This document shows, one piece after another, positions 10,248-19,758 of a DNA stretch of 64,000 nucleotides. The first letter of the stretch is position 1. Each line of letters opens with the position of its first letter. Under the pieces are notes generated by a model that saw only the letters and a list, made by a program, of their open reading frames with translations, was not told the origin of the DNA and did not search any database. The stretch lies in NCBI GenBank assembly GCA_964616425.1, contig CAZTQY010000004.1, positions 46,251-110,250 on the forward strand, read 5' to 3'. The position numbers were made by a program, and so were the translations under genes. Source of the DNA: an uncultured Candidatus Saccharibacteria bacterium. GTDB taxonomy: Bacteria > Patescibacteriota > Minisyncoccia > Phycocordibacterales > DATDWN01.

Positions 10248-11710
10248 TGAAAAGAATAAAATTACAATCTGGAACCATTCTTCTCCAAGCTTTTGTTTTT
10301 GGAACAATTTCTATAATAATGATAGGTGCGTTAGTGTCTTGGGCTGGCTCAAATATAAAAGCTTCAAGGGTTGGAGTCAGACGAGAGCAAGCTTTGCAAA
10401 TAGCAGAAGCGGGAGTAGATTATTATAGATGGCATCTTGCTCATTCTGCTACTGATTTCCAAGATGGAACAGGATCGTCTGGGCCATATATACATGATTT
10501 TTATGATAAAGATGGTAATAAAATAGGGACATTTACTCTAGATATTACACCACCAGCTACAGGTTTTACATTGGTAAAAATTAAATCTACAGGTAAGGTT
10601 GACTCTGATCCAACAATATCTCGAGTAATAAATGTTCAATTAGCAAAACCTTCTTTGGCAAAGTATGCGGTTGTCTCAAATGCTGATATGAGATTTGGTG
10701 AGGGGACTGAAGTTTTTGGTCCTATACATTCAAATGGCGGTATTCGTTTTGATGGTTTAGCTCACAATATAATAACTAGTGCAAAGGATAAATATGATGA
10801 TCCAGATCATTCGGGTAGTAATGAGTTTGGTGTCCATACTCACGTTTTGTATCCTAGCGGAAATGTGAATGATAATTTTATTTCAGCAGAAGCACCACCA
10901 TCTTCTATTCAGAACAGAACAGATGTATTTGCTGCGGGTAGACAGTTTCCTGTACCAGCAGTTGATTTTGTTGGAATAACTACAGATTTATCTCAAATAA
11001 AAGCAGGTGCTCAGTCAGACGGAAAGTACTTATCAAGTTCAGGACAACAAGGATACCATATTATTTTTAAAACCAATGACACTTTTGATGTTTATAAAGT
11101 AAAAACTTTATCATCACCTCCAAACCGATGTACAAATGTATCAAATCAGACAGGTTGGGCCACATGGAGTATCAAGAGTGGTAGTGCAAACCAAACTTAT
11201 GTTGGTAATTATGTCATCCCGGCTAATGGTTTGATATTTATTGAGGATAATGTCTGGGTTGATGGACAGATTAATACTGCAAGGGTAACACTTGCTGCTG
11301 GGAAATTCCCAGATAGCCCAACTACTAGGCCAAGTATCACAATAAACGATAATTTGCTCTATACAAATTATGATGGTCAGGATGTTATATCACTGATAGC
11401 TCAGGATAATATAAATACAGGCTTACTTTCCGCAAACACGCTTAGGATTGATGCTGCTTTGGTTGCCCAAAACGGTCGCATAGGTAGATTTTATTATGAG
11501 GCAGATTGTGGTTCCGAATATAGAAGGAGTTCCATTACTTTATATGGGATGATAGCTACAAACGCTAGATATGGTTTTGCCTATACTGATGGCACGGGCT
11601 ATGACGAACGAGATATTATATATGACGCAAACTTGCTTTATGGTCCACCACCTAGTTTTCCTTTGACTAGTGACCAGTACCAGACCATCTCCTGGGACGA
11701 AACGAAATAG
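10247..11710 (+). CDS. pilus-associated membrane-anchored protein (PilX/minor pilin-like), hypothetical
   Basis: N-terminal hydrophobic helix (LLQAFVFGTISIIMIGALV) without canonical GFTxxE; operonic with pilins. Confidence 0.35.
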   Translation: MKRIKLQSGTILLQAFVFGTISIIMIGALVSWAGSNIKASRVGVRREQALQIAEAGVDYYRWHLAHSATDFQDGTGSSGPYIHDFYDKDGNKIGTFTLDITPPATGFTLVKIKSTGKVDSDPTISRVINVQLAKPSLAKYAVVSNADMRFGEGTEVFGPIHSNGGIRFDGLAHNIITSAKDKYDDPDHSGSNEFGVHTHVLYPSGNVNDNFISAEAPPSSIQNRTDVFAAGRQFPVPAVDFVGITTDLSQIKAGAQSDGKYLSSSGQQGYHIIFKTNDTFDVYKVKTLSSPPNRCTNVSNQTGWATWSIKSGSANQTYVGNYVIPANGLIFIEDNVWVDGQINTARVTLAAGKFPDSPTTRPSITINDNLLYTNYDGQDVISLIAQDNINTGLLSANTLRIDAALVAQNGRIGRFYYEADCGSEYRRSSITLYGMIATNARYGFAYTDGTGYDERDIIYDANLLYGPPPSFPLTSDQYQTISWDETK

Positions 11711-11714
11711 TTTG

Positions 11715-11830
11715 GGTCTTTTTATCCAATTTCCGCGTTGCTCGTTCCGTTTGATCCGCGCTTAGTACTATTAGTACAGCTTGGTCGCAGTACTCACTCG
11801 CGCCTTGAACTTGAACAAAAATCCACCAAA
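11715..11830 (+). repeat. copy A of ~120-nt conserved intergenic repeat (ggtctttttNcc..atttcNgcgttgct...AGTACTAnnnGTACAncTTGGTC...cTTGAACTnGAACAAAAATCC)
   Basis: Near-identical core to 23011-23128 and 44005-44085 (see findings). Confidence 0.6.
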
Positions 11831-11855
11831 CTAATTTTGTGGTATCATAATGGGT

Positions 11856-12614
11856 ATGAAAAAACCAAAGAAGCTTGTCGTAGGGAACTGGAAGATGAAT
11901 CCGACTAGTTTAGAAGAGGCAAGAAAAATAGTCAGCGGTGTAAAGCGGTCAATGAGTAAAATCAAAAAGACAGAAGTTGTTTTCTGTCCTCCTTATATTT
12001 ATTTAGCGCCTATTTCTAGTTATGTGAAAAATAATGTTTTTCTTGGTGCGCAAGATGCCAACAGTGAGACTGCTGGGCCATTTACTGGAGAAGTGGGTCA
12101 TATGCAACTACCGCAGTTTAAAGTTAAGTTTGTTATTGTTGGACACTCTGAGAGAAGAAAAATGGGGGACACAGATGAGATTGTTAACAAAAAAGTTCAG
12201 TCTGTTGTTTCTCTAGGTATGACAGCTATAGTGTGCATAGGAGAGAGTGAGCGGGATGCAAATGGAGATTATCTCGGTTTTATAAAGCAACAAATACAGA
12301 AGGCATTAAAGGATGTTCCAAAGAAATCTTTTGGAAATATTGTAATAGCATACGAACCAATCTGGGCTATTGGTGCAAAGAGCGCAATGACTCCGTTAGA
12401 TTTACACGAGATGTCTATTTATATAAGAAAAATTTTAAAGGATACTTACAGTATTGTTGGTGAAGACGTTAGGATTTTGTATGGAGGTTCAGTTGATAGG
12501 GTAAATGCAGCATCACTTGTTAAAGATGGTAATGTTTCTGGACTTTTGGTGGGAAGGCAGAGTCTTGAAGCAAAAGGTTTTTCTGAGATTATAAGCTTAG
12601 TAGATTCAATTTAG
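11856..12614 (+). CDS. tpiA: triosephosphate isomerase
   Basis: GNWKMN, VIVGHSERR, AYEPIWAIG, YGGSV motifs; -10 TATCAT ends 7 nt before ATG 11856 (leaderless); start MKKPKKL. Confidence 0.85.
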   Translation: MKKPKKLVVGNWKMNPTSLEEARKIVSGVKRSMSKIKKTEVVFCPPYIYLAPISSYVKNNVFLGAQDANSETAGPFTGEVGHMQLPQFKVKFVIVGHSERRKMGDTDEIVNKKVQSVVSLGMTAIVCIGESERDANGDYLGFIKQQIQKALKDVPKKSFGNIVIAYEPIWAIGAKSAMTPLDLHEMSIYIRKILKDTYSIVGEDVRILYGGSVDRVNAASLVKDGNVSGLLVGRQSLEAKGFSEIISLVDSI

Positions 12615-12616
12615 AT

Positions 12617-13759
12617 ATGATTCACTATATAGACGAACTAAAGGGCGATGATCTGAAAGGAAAATATGTTTTATTAAGATTGGATCTCAATGTTCCAGTA
12701 GATAATAACCAAGTAGTAAATGCCTACAGGATAGATAGGGCTATTCCCACAATAGACTATTTACGTGAACATGAAGCAAAGATAATCATTATTGCTCATA
12801 CAGAAAGTGAGGGGAACATGTCTCTACTTCCTGTAGCACAGTATCTAAACGGTTTTTACAAAGTAGAGTTTTGTCAGACATATTTTAATGCTTTGGCTAT
12901 AGACATGGTAGCTAAGATGGAAGAAAGAAGTGTGCTTCTTTTTGAAAATCTTCGCATGAATGCAGAGGAAAAAGAAAACAACACTGAGTTTGCAAAAAAA
13001 CTCGCTCAAATGGCAGACATATATGTAGATGATGCTTTCGGTGCTATGCATAGAAAGCATGCGTCTATTGTGGGTGTGCCTGATTTTCTCCCTCACTATG
13101 CTGGGCTACTTGTTAAAGATGAAGTTGAAAATCTTTCAAAAGCTTTTGATCCAAAGAGACCGTTTCTTTTTATACTTGGTGGTGCAAAGTTTGATACTAA
13201 ACTACCTTTGATAAAAAAATATCTTGATATTGCCGATCATGTTTTTGTTGCTGGAGCTTTGGCAAATAATGTTTTTAAGGAAAAGGGTTTTGAAGTTGGT
13301 ACGTCACTGGTTACAGATGGTGATTTTGGAATAAAAGAGATGCTAGAGAATCCAAAGTTTGTTTATCCAGTGGATGTTTCTGTTAAAAAGGCTGATGGTG
13401 CTGTAGAAATAAAAGATGTGAGTGATGTAAAATTTGACGAATACATTGGTGATGTTGGTCCGAAGACGATAGAGAAACTAAAAGAGTTGGTGAGTGGTTC
13501 AAAAACAGTTGTATGGAATGGCCCTTTGGGAAACTACGAACAAGGTTATAAAGATAAGACTGAAGAATTGGCTCGCATAATTATGCAAGCAACTCAGGAT
13601 GAAAAAATAGAAAGTATTATTGGAGGAGGAGATACACTGGCGTCGATAGATGTAGCTGAGTTTGAGCATGGCTTTAGTTTTGTTTCTACTGGAGGAGGAG
13701 CAATGCTAGACTACCTAGTAAATGAGACGTTACCTGGAATTGAGGCTTTGAATAAATAA
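12617..13759 (+). CDS. pgk: phosphoglycerate kinase
   Basis: VLLRLDLNVPV N-terminal motif, C-terminal GGGDTLA...STGGGAMLDYL. Confidence 0.9.
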   Translation: MIHYIDELKGDDLKGKYVLLRLDLNVPVDNNQVVNAYRIDRAIPTIDYLREHEAKIIIIAHTESEGNMSLLPVAQYLNGFYKVEFCQTYFNALAIDMVAKMEERSVLLFENLRMNAEEKENNTEFAKKLAQMADIYVDDAFGAMHRKHASIVGVPDFLPHYAGLLVKDEVENLSKAFDPKRPFLFILGGAKFDTKLPLIKKYLDIADHVFVAGALANNVFKEKGFEVGTSLVTDGDFGIKEMLENPKFVYPVDVSVKKADGAVEIKDVSDVKFDEYIGDVGPKTIEKLKELVSGSKTVVWNGPLGNYEQGYKDKTEELARIIMQATQDEKIESIIGGGDTLASIDVAEFEHGFSFVSTGGGAMLDYLVNETLPGIEALNK

Positions 13760-13769
13760 AGAATAAATA

Positions 13770-13800
13770 ACAAAAAACCGCCAGATGGCGGTTTTTTGTT
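13770..13800. terminator. bidirectional terminator aaaaaaccgccagatggcggttttttg
   Basis: 7-bp GC stem, A-run/T-run on both sides, between convergent pgk and HIT gene. Confidence 0.7.
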
Positions 13801-14159
13801 TACATATTGTCTTTAATTTTTTGTAAGTTTCCTTCAAAATCTTTGAGCTCGCCTTTCACTTCTTTGTTTGGAAATACCCAGATGTGCGCGTGCTCTACTT
13901 CGTCACCTACAATTCTAGAAATTATCCAGTCTGTATCAAAAGCTTTTCTTTGTGCTAAGGCCACCTTTTTTGCTACTTCAAAATATTCACCCACATTTGG
14001 CACATCCCATACCCATCGATGATGATCTTTTGGTATAACCTGTGTGTGCCCAGGTGACTGAGGGTTTATGTCTAAAAAGGCTAGAAATTTATCATCCTCA
14101 TAGACTTTATAACTAGGTATTTCTCCTTTAACTATTTTGCAAAATATACAGTTTTCCAT
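13800..14159 (-). CDS. HIT-family (histidine triad) hydrolase
   Basis: CIFCKI N-terminus, [10 protein letters not shown] and HAHIWVFP histidine-triad-like motifs. Confidence 0.75.
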   Translation of the reverse strand: MENCIFCKIVKGEIPSYKVYEDDKFLAFLDINPQSPGHTQVIPKDHHRWVWDVPNVGEYFEVAKKVALAQRKAFDTDWIISRIVGDEVEHAHIWVFPNKEVKGELKDFEGNLQKIKDNM

Positions 14160-14192
14160 GAAGGTATTATAGCATGTGGTAAACTACTAGGT

Positions 14193-15923
14193 ATGTCAAA
14201 AAAGTATGCTTTACGGGAGCCAATTCCAGAAAAGATAGATAAGCTGTTTGAAGTGTATTCTCCACTCGTTCGTTCACTTTTATATTCTAGGGGTATAGAG
14301 GATTTGGAAAATGCCGAAAGTTTTCTTAATCCAAAATACGAGAGCCTTCACGATCCATTTTTGCTCAAAGATATGGACAAGGTAACGGAGAGAATATTGA
14401 AAGCAATAAAAGAGAACGAAAAGATCGCTATCTTCAGTGACTACGATGCAGACGGTATTCCTGGGGGAGTGACACTACACGACTTTTTCAAAAAGATTGG
14501 TTACAACAATTTTATAAACTACATACCGCTTCGTAACGAAGAGGGTTTCGGTTTAAACCATACAGCCATAGACAACATTGCATCCCAAGATGTAAAACTC
14601 GTTATTACTATAGACTGCGGTATTACAGATGTAGAGCAGGTAGAAACTGCGAACAAGCACGGCATGGACGTTATCATCACCGACCACCACATACCAGGAA
14701 AGAAACTTCCAAAAGCTTTTGCAATAATCAACCCAAAGCAAAAGGGGTGTGAGTACCCAGAGAAAATGCTGTGCGGGTCTGGTGTTATTTTTAAGGTGAT
14801 TCAGGCTCTCATAATAAAAGGAAGAGAAACAGGACAAATAGATATAAAGGAGGGTCACGAGAAATGGTTTCTCGACATGGTAGGAGTGGCTACACTCTCT
14901 GATATGGTGCCCCTTTTAGGTGAGAACAGAATACTCTCATATTTTGGAATGAAAGTTTTACAGAGGAGTCCGAGGGTTGGTCTTTTGAAACTTTTGTCTT
15001 TGCTTAAGATAAATCAAACAACACTTACAGAGGATGACATTGGTTTTATGGTTACTCCACGTATTAACGCAGCAAGCCGTATGGGAATACCTTTAGATGC
15101 ATTCAAACTCCTTTCGACAATAGATGAGGTTGAGGCAGGGATGCTAGCGGAACATTTGAATAATAAAAATGATGAGAGAAAAGGTGTGGTTGGAAGCATG
15201 ATAAAGGAAGTAAAGAAAAGGATAGAAGGAAGCGATACAGAAATGAAACGCGTTTTGGTTTTTGGAAATCCAGAATGGAAGCCATCACTCTTGGGTCTTG
15301 TGGCAAATAGTTTTGGTGATGAACACAACCGCCCGGTTTTCTTTTGGGGGAGAAACGGTGAGACAGAGGGAGATGGTTTGATAAAAGGTTCGTGTCGCGC
15401 TGGAGGAGATACAGATATAGTAAAACTCATGGAGAAGGTAAAAGATGTATTTGTTGACTATGGTGGGCACAAAGGTGCTGGTGGATTTTCAATAATGCAG
15501 GATAATATCCACACACTCGAAGACAGATTGAACGAGGCTTTTGTTGAACTTTTAAATGAACATAAAATAATAGAAGACACTTTAATCGATAAAAAAATTT
15601 CACTTGATGATGTTAATTGGAATACATATAGCTCAGTAGAAAAGTTTGCACCGTTTGGTCTTGATAATCCGAAGCCTCTGTTTCTGTTTGAAAATATAAC
15701 AGTCTCCGCAATGAAACTTTTTGGTAAAGAGAAGAACCATCTCGAAATAAAATTTAAAAATTCAAAAGATAAAGATGTCACTGCGATAGCTTTCTTCCAA
15801 ACTGGTGAGAAGTTTCCAGTCTCAATAAAAGAGGGGAGTTCTATAAACCTAGTCGCAACTCTCGAAAAATCAGTTTTCCGTAATTTTCCAGAACTCCGAC
15901 TCCGAATAGTGGATGTGTTTTAG
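14193..15923 (+). CDS. recJ: single-stranded-DNA-specific exonuclease RecJ
   Basis: DHH motifs (FSDYDADG, ITDHH), DHHA1 GGHKGAGGFS, C-terminal OB-like region. Confidence 0.85.
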   Translation: MSKKYALREPIPEKIDKLFEVYSPLVRSLLYSRGIEDLENAESFLNPKYESLHDPFLLKDMDKVTERILKAIKENEKIAIFSDYDADGIPGGVTLHDFFKKIGYNNFINYIPLRNEEGFGLNHTAIDNIASQDVKLVITIDCGITDVEQVETANKHGMDVIITDHHIPGKKLPKAFAIINPKQKGCEYPEKMLCGSGVIFKVIQALIIKGRETGQIDIKEGHEKWFLDMVGVATLSDMVPLLGENRILSYFGMKVLQRSPRVGLLKLLSLLKINQTTLTEDDIGFMVTPRINAASRMGIPLDAFKLLSTIDEVEAGMLAEHLNNKNDERKGVVGSMIKEVKKRIEGSDTEMKRVLVFGNPEWKPSLLGLVANSFGDEHNRPVFFWGRNGETEGDGLIKGSCRAGGDTDIVKLMEKVKDVFVDYGGHKGAGGFSIMQDNIHTLEDRLNEAFVELLNEHKIIEDTLIDKKISLDDVNWNTYSSVEKFAPFGLDNPKPLFLFENITVSAMKLFGKEKNHLEIKFKNSKDKDVTAIAFFQTGEKFPVSIKEGSSINLVATLEKSVFRNFPELRLRIVDVF

Positions 15924-15985
15924 ATAGTCGAAAGGCCTCGGTCAAATGACACGAGGCCTTTTGTTTGGCTGGATTTATCCAGCCG

Positions 15986-16366
15986 TCAGATCCCGAGTTC
16001 GGCGCAATCATCGGGACTAAGGAACTTTTTCGCTAGCCATCGGAAGATGTAGTCGGGGATGGACTTGGCGTATGGGATGTCTGGGTTGTTTGTTTTCCCA
16101 TACGGTTCGAATTTCATATCGATGCACTTTCTAACTAGGTCTTTCAGCGGCACACCGTGCTGGAGGCCGGTTGACAGGACGATTGATGCGAAATCCCACG
16201 TGCCAGATACCGGAGAACCAGTTTTGGCGTAGGTGATGAAGATTTCCCCGAGACTTCCGTCGTTATGCATACCAGGACGTATGTATAATTCGTGTCCTCC
16301 TTCAATCTCAAATTTGTGAACGAGTGCCTCTCTTGTATCAGGCAATGGCCTATGATGCTCGGTCAT
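15986..16366 (-). CDS. small TSCPD-domain-like protein (resembles C-terminal region of class II ribonucleotide reductase), GC-richer than flanks
   Basis: RPLPDTREALVHKFEIEGGHELYI...EIFITYAKTGSPVSGTWDFASIVLSTGLQHGVPLKDLVRKC resembles NrdJ C-terminal/TSCPD region but lacks the conserved Cys; GGAGG SD 7 nt before ATG (MTEHH). Confidence 0.35.
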   Translation of the reverse strand: MTEHHRPLPDTREALVHKFEIEGGHELYIRPGMHNDGSLGEIFITYAKTGSPVSGTWDFASIVLSTGLQHGVPLKDLVRKCIDMKFEPYGKTNNPDIPYAKSIPDYIFRWLAKKFLSPDDCAELGI

Positions 16367-16444
16367 GGAGACCTCCATAATGAATACTACCACTAACCCA
16401 AGGTATTAATAGACTAAAAAATATTCTGATATAATATCCACTAT

Positions 16445-17119
16445 ATGACAATTATATTTACTGACGGCAGTTCAAGGGGTAACCCTGGTCCAGGAGGGTG
16501 GGGAGCAATAATTTTAAATGACGAAAAAGCTATTGAGCTTGGTGGAAGAGAGGAAGAAACAACAAACAACAGGATGGAAATGACAGCGGTTATTTCTGCA
16601 CTCAACTCTGCAGATAGTAATGAAGAGATAACTTTGTACACAGACTCTGCCTACGTATTGAACGGTGCAACTCGTTGGGTAAAAGGATGGGAGAAAAATA
16701 ACTGGAAGACTTCTACAAAAGATGATGTGTTGAACAAAGATTTGTGGCAAAAAATGGTAGAGGTTACAGTTCATAAAAATATAAACTGGCAACTCATCAA
16801 AGGTCACAGTGGAACAGCTGGTAACGAAAGGTGCGATGTGATTGCAACTTCATTTGCGGACAGTGCTCCAGTTGTTTTGTATAACGGATCACGGGAGAGA
16901 TATGGTGTAGATATAAAAATAAACGAAACAGTTTCGGATAAAAAATCAAAAAGTAAAAGTAAGGCATATTCATATGTGAGTATGGTGGACGGTGTTGTTC
17001 AAACACACAAAACTTGGGATGAGTGCAGGGCTCGCGTAAACGGTGTTTCTAGTGCACGTTTCAAAAAGTCCGTATCGCCTGCGGATGAAGAGGACATTAT
17101 AAAAGAATTTGTTGAATAA
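16445..17119 (+). CDS. rnhA: ribonuclease H1 with C-terminal hybrid-binding (Cauli_VI-like) domain
   Basis: DGSSRGNPGPGGWG..EMTAV..YTDSAY catalytic core; C-terminal YSYVSMVDGVVQTHKTWDECRARVNGVSSARFKKSVSPADEE resembles RNase H1 HBD normally found N-terminally. Confidence 0.75.
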   Translation: MTIIFTDGSSRGNPGPGGWGAIILNDEKAIELGGREEETTNNRMEMTAVISALNSADSNEEITLYTDSAYVLNGATRWVKGWEKNNWKTSTKDDVLNKDLWQKMVEVTVHKNINWQLIKGHSGTAGNERCDVIATSFADSAPVVLYNGSRERYGVDIKINETVSDKKSKSKSKAYSYVSMVDGVVQTHKTWDECRARVNGVSSARFKKSVSPADEEDIIKEFVE

Positions 17120-17143
17120 TATAAATCTTGATGACCAATTTCT

Positions 17144-17247
17144 TGAGAAAGGCCTTTCGCAGAAGCTTAGAAAATAAAGGAGGTATTCCGACTATTATTT
17201 TATTGAGCGACGAGAAGTTCGCTAGCTCACCAGAGCTAGATAGATTG
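17144..17247 (+). promoter_or_regulatory. leader element copy 1 (~100 nt) with SD aaaggagg and 22-codon uORF (TTG)SDEKFASSPELDRLPFERCWE, upstream of comEC-N
   Basis: ~90% identical to reverse complement of 19759-19856 upstream of sodA on the opposite strand. Confidence 0.5.
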
Positions 17248-17286
17248 CCTTTTGAAAGATGTTGGGAATAAGAGATTTATTAATTT

Positions 17287-18753
17287 ATGCCACTTCAACT
17301 TTCAATCGGTTTCATAGTTGGAATAGCAATAGCATCATTTGTTCCGATTAATTTCGGATTTTTTATTACATGCATTTTTCTCACCATACTAGTGTATTTT
17401 TATAAGTATTTTGTTAGAGAAGATAAAAAAGAGTTGGTCCTAGTCTGTTCTATAGTTTTAATCGGAATAGTTGCTGGTATGGGTAGAATGTTAGTTTCAG
17501 ATTATTATAAAACCTCACATCTGGATATGTATGTTGGAAAGAAAATATCTGCAGAAGGGATAGTCGTGGCTGAGCCTGATGTTAGAGAAAATAATACAAA
17601 GCTCACCGTGAAACTTACAGTAGTTGAGGGTAATAAAGTTTCAGAAAGAATACTTGTAACAGTGCCTATTTATCCCATGTATTCATATGGAGACAAGATC
17701 TCGCTTACGGTTTTACTCAAAGAGCCAGATAAAATAGAGTCAGATGATGGTAGAGTTTTTGATTATAAAGGCTATCTGCGTGTTCGTGGTATTTGGTACA
17801 TATCAACCTTCACTACGGTTAATCTCATCTCTTCTGGCCATGGCAGTCTCGTTAAAACAATGTTATTCAGAGTTAAACACTCGTTTACTAACTCGATTAA
17901 CAATGCCTTGCCTGAGCCAGAATCAAGTTTGCTCGCAGGACTTTTGTTGGGCTCTAAACAGAGTTTGGGTAAGGAGTGGCTTCAAAGATTTCAACTAACC
18001 GGGACTTCTCATATTGTTGTTCTTTCTGGTTATAACATTGCTATTGTCGCAGAAAGCATAATGGATATTCTTTCATTTCTTCCAAAAAATTTATCATTTG
18101 GTTCTGGTGTGGTTGGTATTATTTTATTCACGATTCTTTCTGGTGGGGGAGCCTCTGCGTGGCGTGCTGCTATCATGGTTCTGGTTGCATTGTTTGCAAA
18201 GAAAACAAATCGCGACTATAAAGTTTCTCGAGCTCTAGGTTTTGCAATTGTACTAATGCTCGCATCAAATCCAACTCTTCTAGTTTTTGATCCTTCTTTT
18301 CAACTTTCAATATTGGCTACTATAGGAATAGTTTTTGTTTCTCCATTTGTTTTACCATATCTCTCAAAAGTTTCGGAAAAGTTTGGACTTAGAGAGATAA
18401 TTTCAAGTACTATAGCAACACAAATAGTTGTCTTACCATTTCTAATTTACAACACAGGAATCATTTCTCTAGTTTCACTTCCAGTAAATGTTTTGATATT
18501 GAGCACAATACCTCTAACAATGTTTCTCGGATTTATAACCGGAATTTTTGGTTTTATTTCTCTTTACTTATCATTTATTCCTGCATTTTTTACATATTGC
18601 CTTTTGTGGTATCAGCTAAAGATTGTGCACATCGGCAGTATCGTTCCAATGGGGTACATAAAACTCCCAGCATTTTCAGTGGGAGTTTTAGTGATAGTCT
18701 ATTCAATTATTTTTACTTCCCTCTATTTTATGAAGAGTAGAAAAAATATATAG
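17287..18753 (+). CDS. comEC: DNA internalization competence protein ComEC/Rec2, membrane (competence) domain only
   Basis: DUF4131-like N-terminus, competence domain with GTSHIVVLSGYNIAI (cf. TGTAHLLAISGLHI), ~10 TM helices; no MBL domain in this ORF. Confidence 0.7.
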   Translation: MPLQLSIGFIVGIAIASFVPINFGFFITCIFLTILVYFYKYFVREDKKELVLVCSIVLIGIVAGMGRMLVSDYYKTSHLDMYVGKKISAEGIVVAEPDVRENNTKLTVKLTVVEGNKVSERILVTVPIYPMYSYGDKISLTVLLKEPDKIESDDGRVFDYKGYLRVRGIWYISTFTTVNLISSGHGSLVKTMLFRVKHSFTNSINNALPEPESSLLAGLLLGSKQSLGKEWLQRFQLTGTSHIVVLSGYNIAIVAESIMDILSFLPKNLSFGSGVVGIILFTILSGGGASAWRAAIMVLVALFAKKTNRDYKVSRALGFAIVLMLASNPTLLVFDPSFQLSILATIGIVFVSPFVLPYLSKVSEKFGLREIISSTIATQIVVLPFLIYNTGIISLVSLPVNVLILSTIPLTMFLGFITGIFGFISLYLSFIPAFFTYCLLWYQLKIVHIGSIVPMGYIKLPAFSVGVLVIVYSIIFTSLYFMKSRKNI

Positions 18754-19110
18754 TTATTTTTTCTCAACTATAACAGCAGTTCCGTATGCTAGTACTTCTG
18801 TAACTCCTTGCATAATGTCTGTTGCATCATATCTAGCGGCAATTACAGCATTTGCTCCCATTTCTTTTGCGTGAGTAAGCATTAGATCAAAAGCGTCAGA
18901 TCTTGTTTCTTCACATAGGTTTGTAAACATTGTTATGTTTCCACCAACTATAGTTTGAAGTCCTGCTCCTATTGATCCAAATATAGATCGTGATCTTACT
19001 ATTATGCCTTTAGCTACGCCAATATTTTTTACTATTGTATATCCAGGTAGTTCAAATGCGGTTGTGACCATATCGTGATTAACCATGTTGTTTGTGTTAT
19101 TGATTTCCAT
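18754..19110 (-). CDS. YbjQ/UPF0145 family heavy-metal-binding-like protein
   Basis: [23 protein letters not shown]...[31 protein letters not shown] matches UPF0145 family consensus. Confidence 0.7.
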   Translation of the reverse strand: MEINNTNNMVNHDMVTTAFELPGYTIVKNIGVAKGIIVRSRSIFGSIGAGLQTIVGGNITMFTNLCEETRSDAFDLMLTHAKEMGANAVIAARYDATDIMQGVTEVLAYGTAVIVEKK

Positions 19111-19111
19111 T

Positions 19112-19711
19112 TTATTTTGCGTTAATAAAGTTTTGTTCTATTTTACTCCAATTCAAATTAATAAAAAAATCTTCAATATACTGTTTCTTTCCACTTGGTT
19201 GATAGTCAGCAACAAAAGAGTGTTCCCACATGTCTAATGCGAGTAGGGGTGTGCATCCCTGGAGTTGTCCCAAGTGCTGTTCATCAACCCATGAGTTCAA
19301 AAGTCTATCTTCTTTTTTGTCATACCATAGAACTGCCCAACCTATCCCACGAGTCATTGCTAGTGTTTTAAAAATTGAAAGCCAAGTTTCAAATGATCCT
19401 TGAGTTTCAATGATTTTATTTTTAAGTGAGCTTTCATCATCAAGTGAACTCGCCCCATCAGATAGTGAATCAAAGTAAACTTCGTGGTTTCTCATTCCGT
19501 TGTATTCAAAACTAAAACGACGGTTAAGTTCATTGATTACATATGGAGCAAAAGCATCTTCCTTTATATAGCCTTCGTACTGTGGGATTTTTTCCAAAAT
19601 ACTGTCTGCATTTTTTACATAACCAGAATAAAGCTTTAAGTGTTCCTCAATAGTTTTAGCACTTATCCCCTTTAGTTCTGGAATATTGAATTTTTTTTCT
19701 TCAAATTTCAT
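19112..19711 (-). CDS. sodA: Fe/Mn superoxide dismutase
   Basis: N-terminal helical hairpin domain and C-terminal [15 protein letters not shown] (cf. DxWEHAYY metal site). Confidence 0.8.
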   Translation of the reverse strand: MKFEEKKFNIPELKGISAKTIEEHLKLYSGYVKNADSILEKIPQYEGYIKEDAFAPYVINELNRRFSFEYNGMRNHEVYFDSLSDGASSLDDESSLKNKIIETQGSFETWLSIFKTLAMTRGIGWAVLWYDKKEDRLLNSWVDEQHLGQLQGCTPLLALDMWEHSFVADYQPSGKKQYIEDFFINLNWSKIEQNFINAK

Positions 19712-19758
19712 TATATTTTTTAATTATTTTAATTCCGTTCGAACCATGCTTTTGATAA

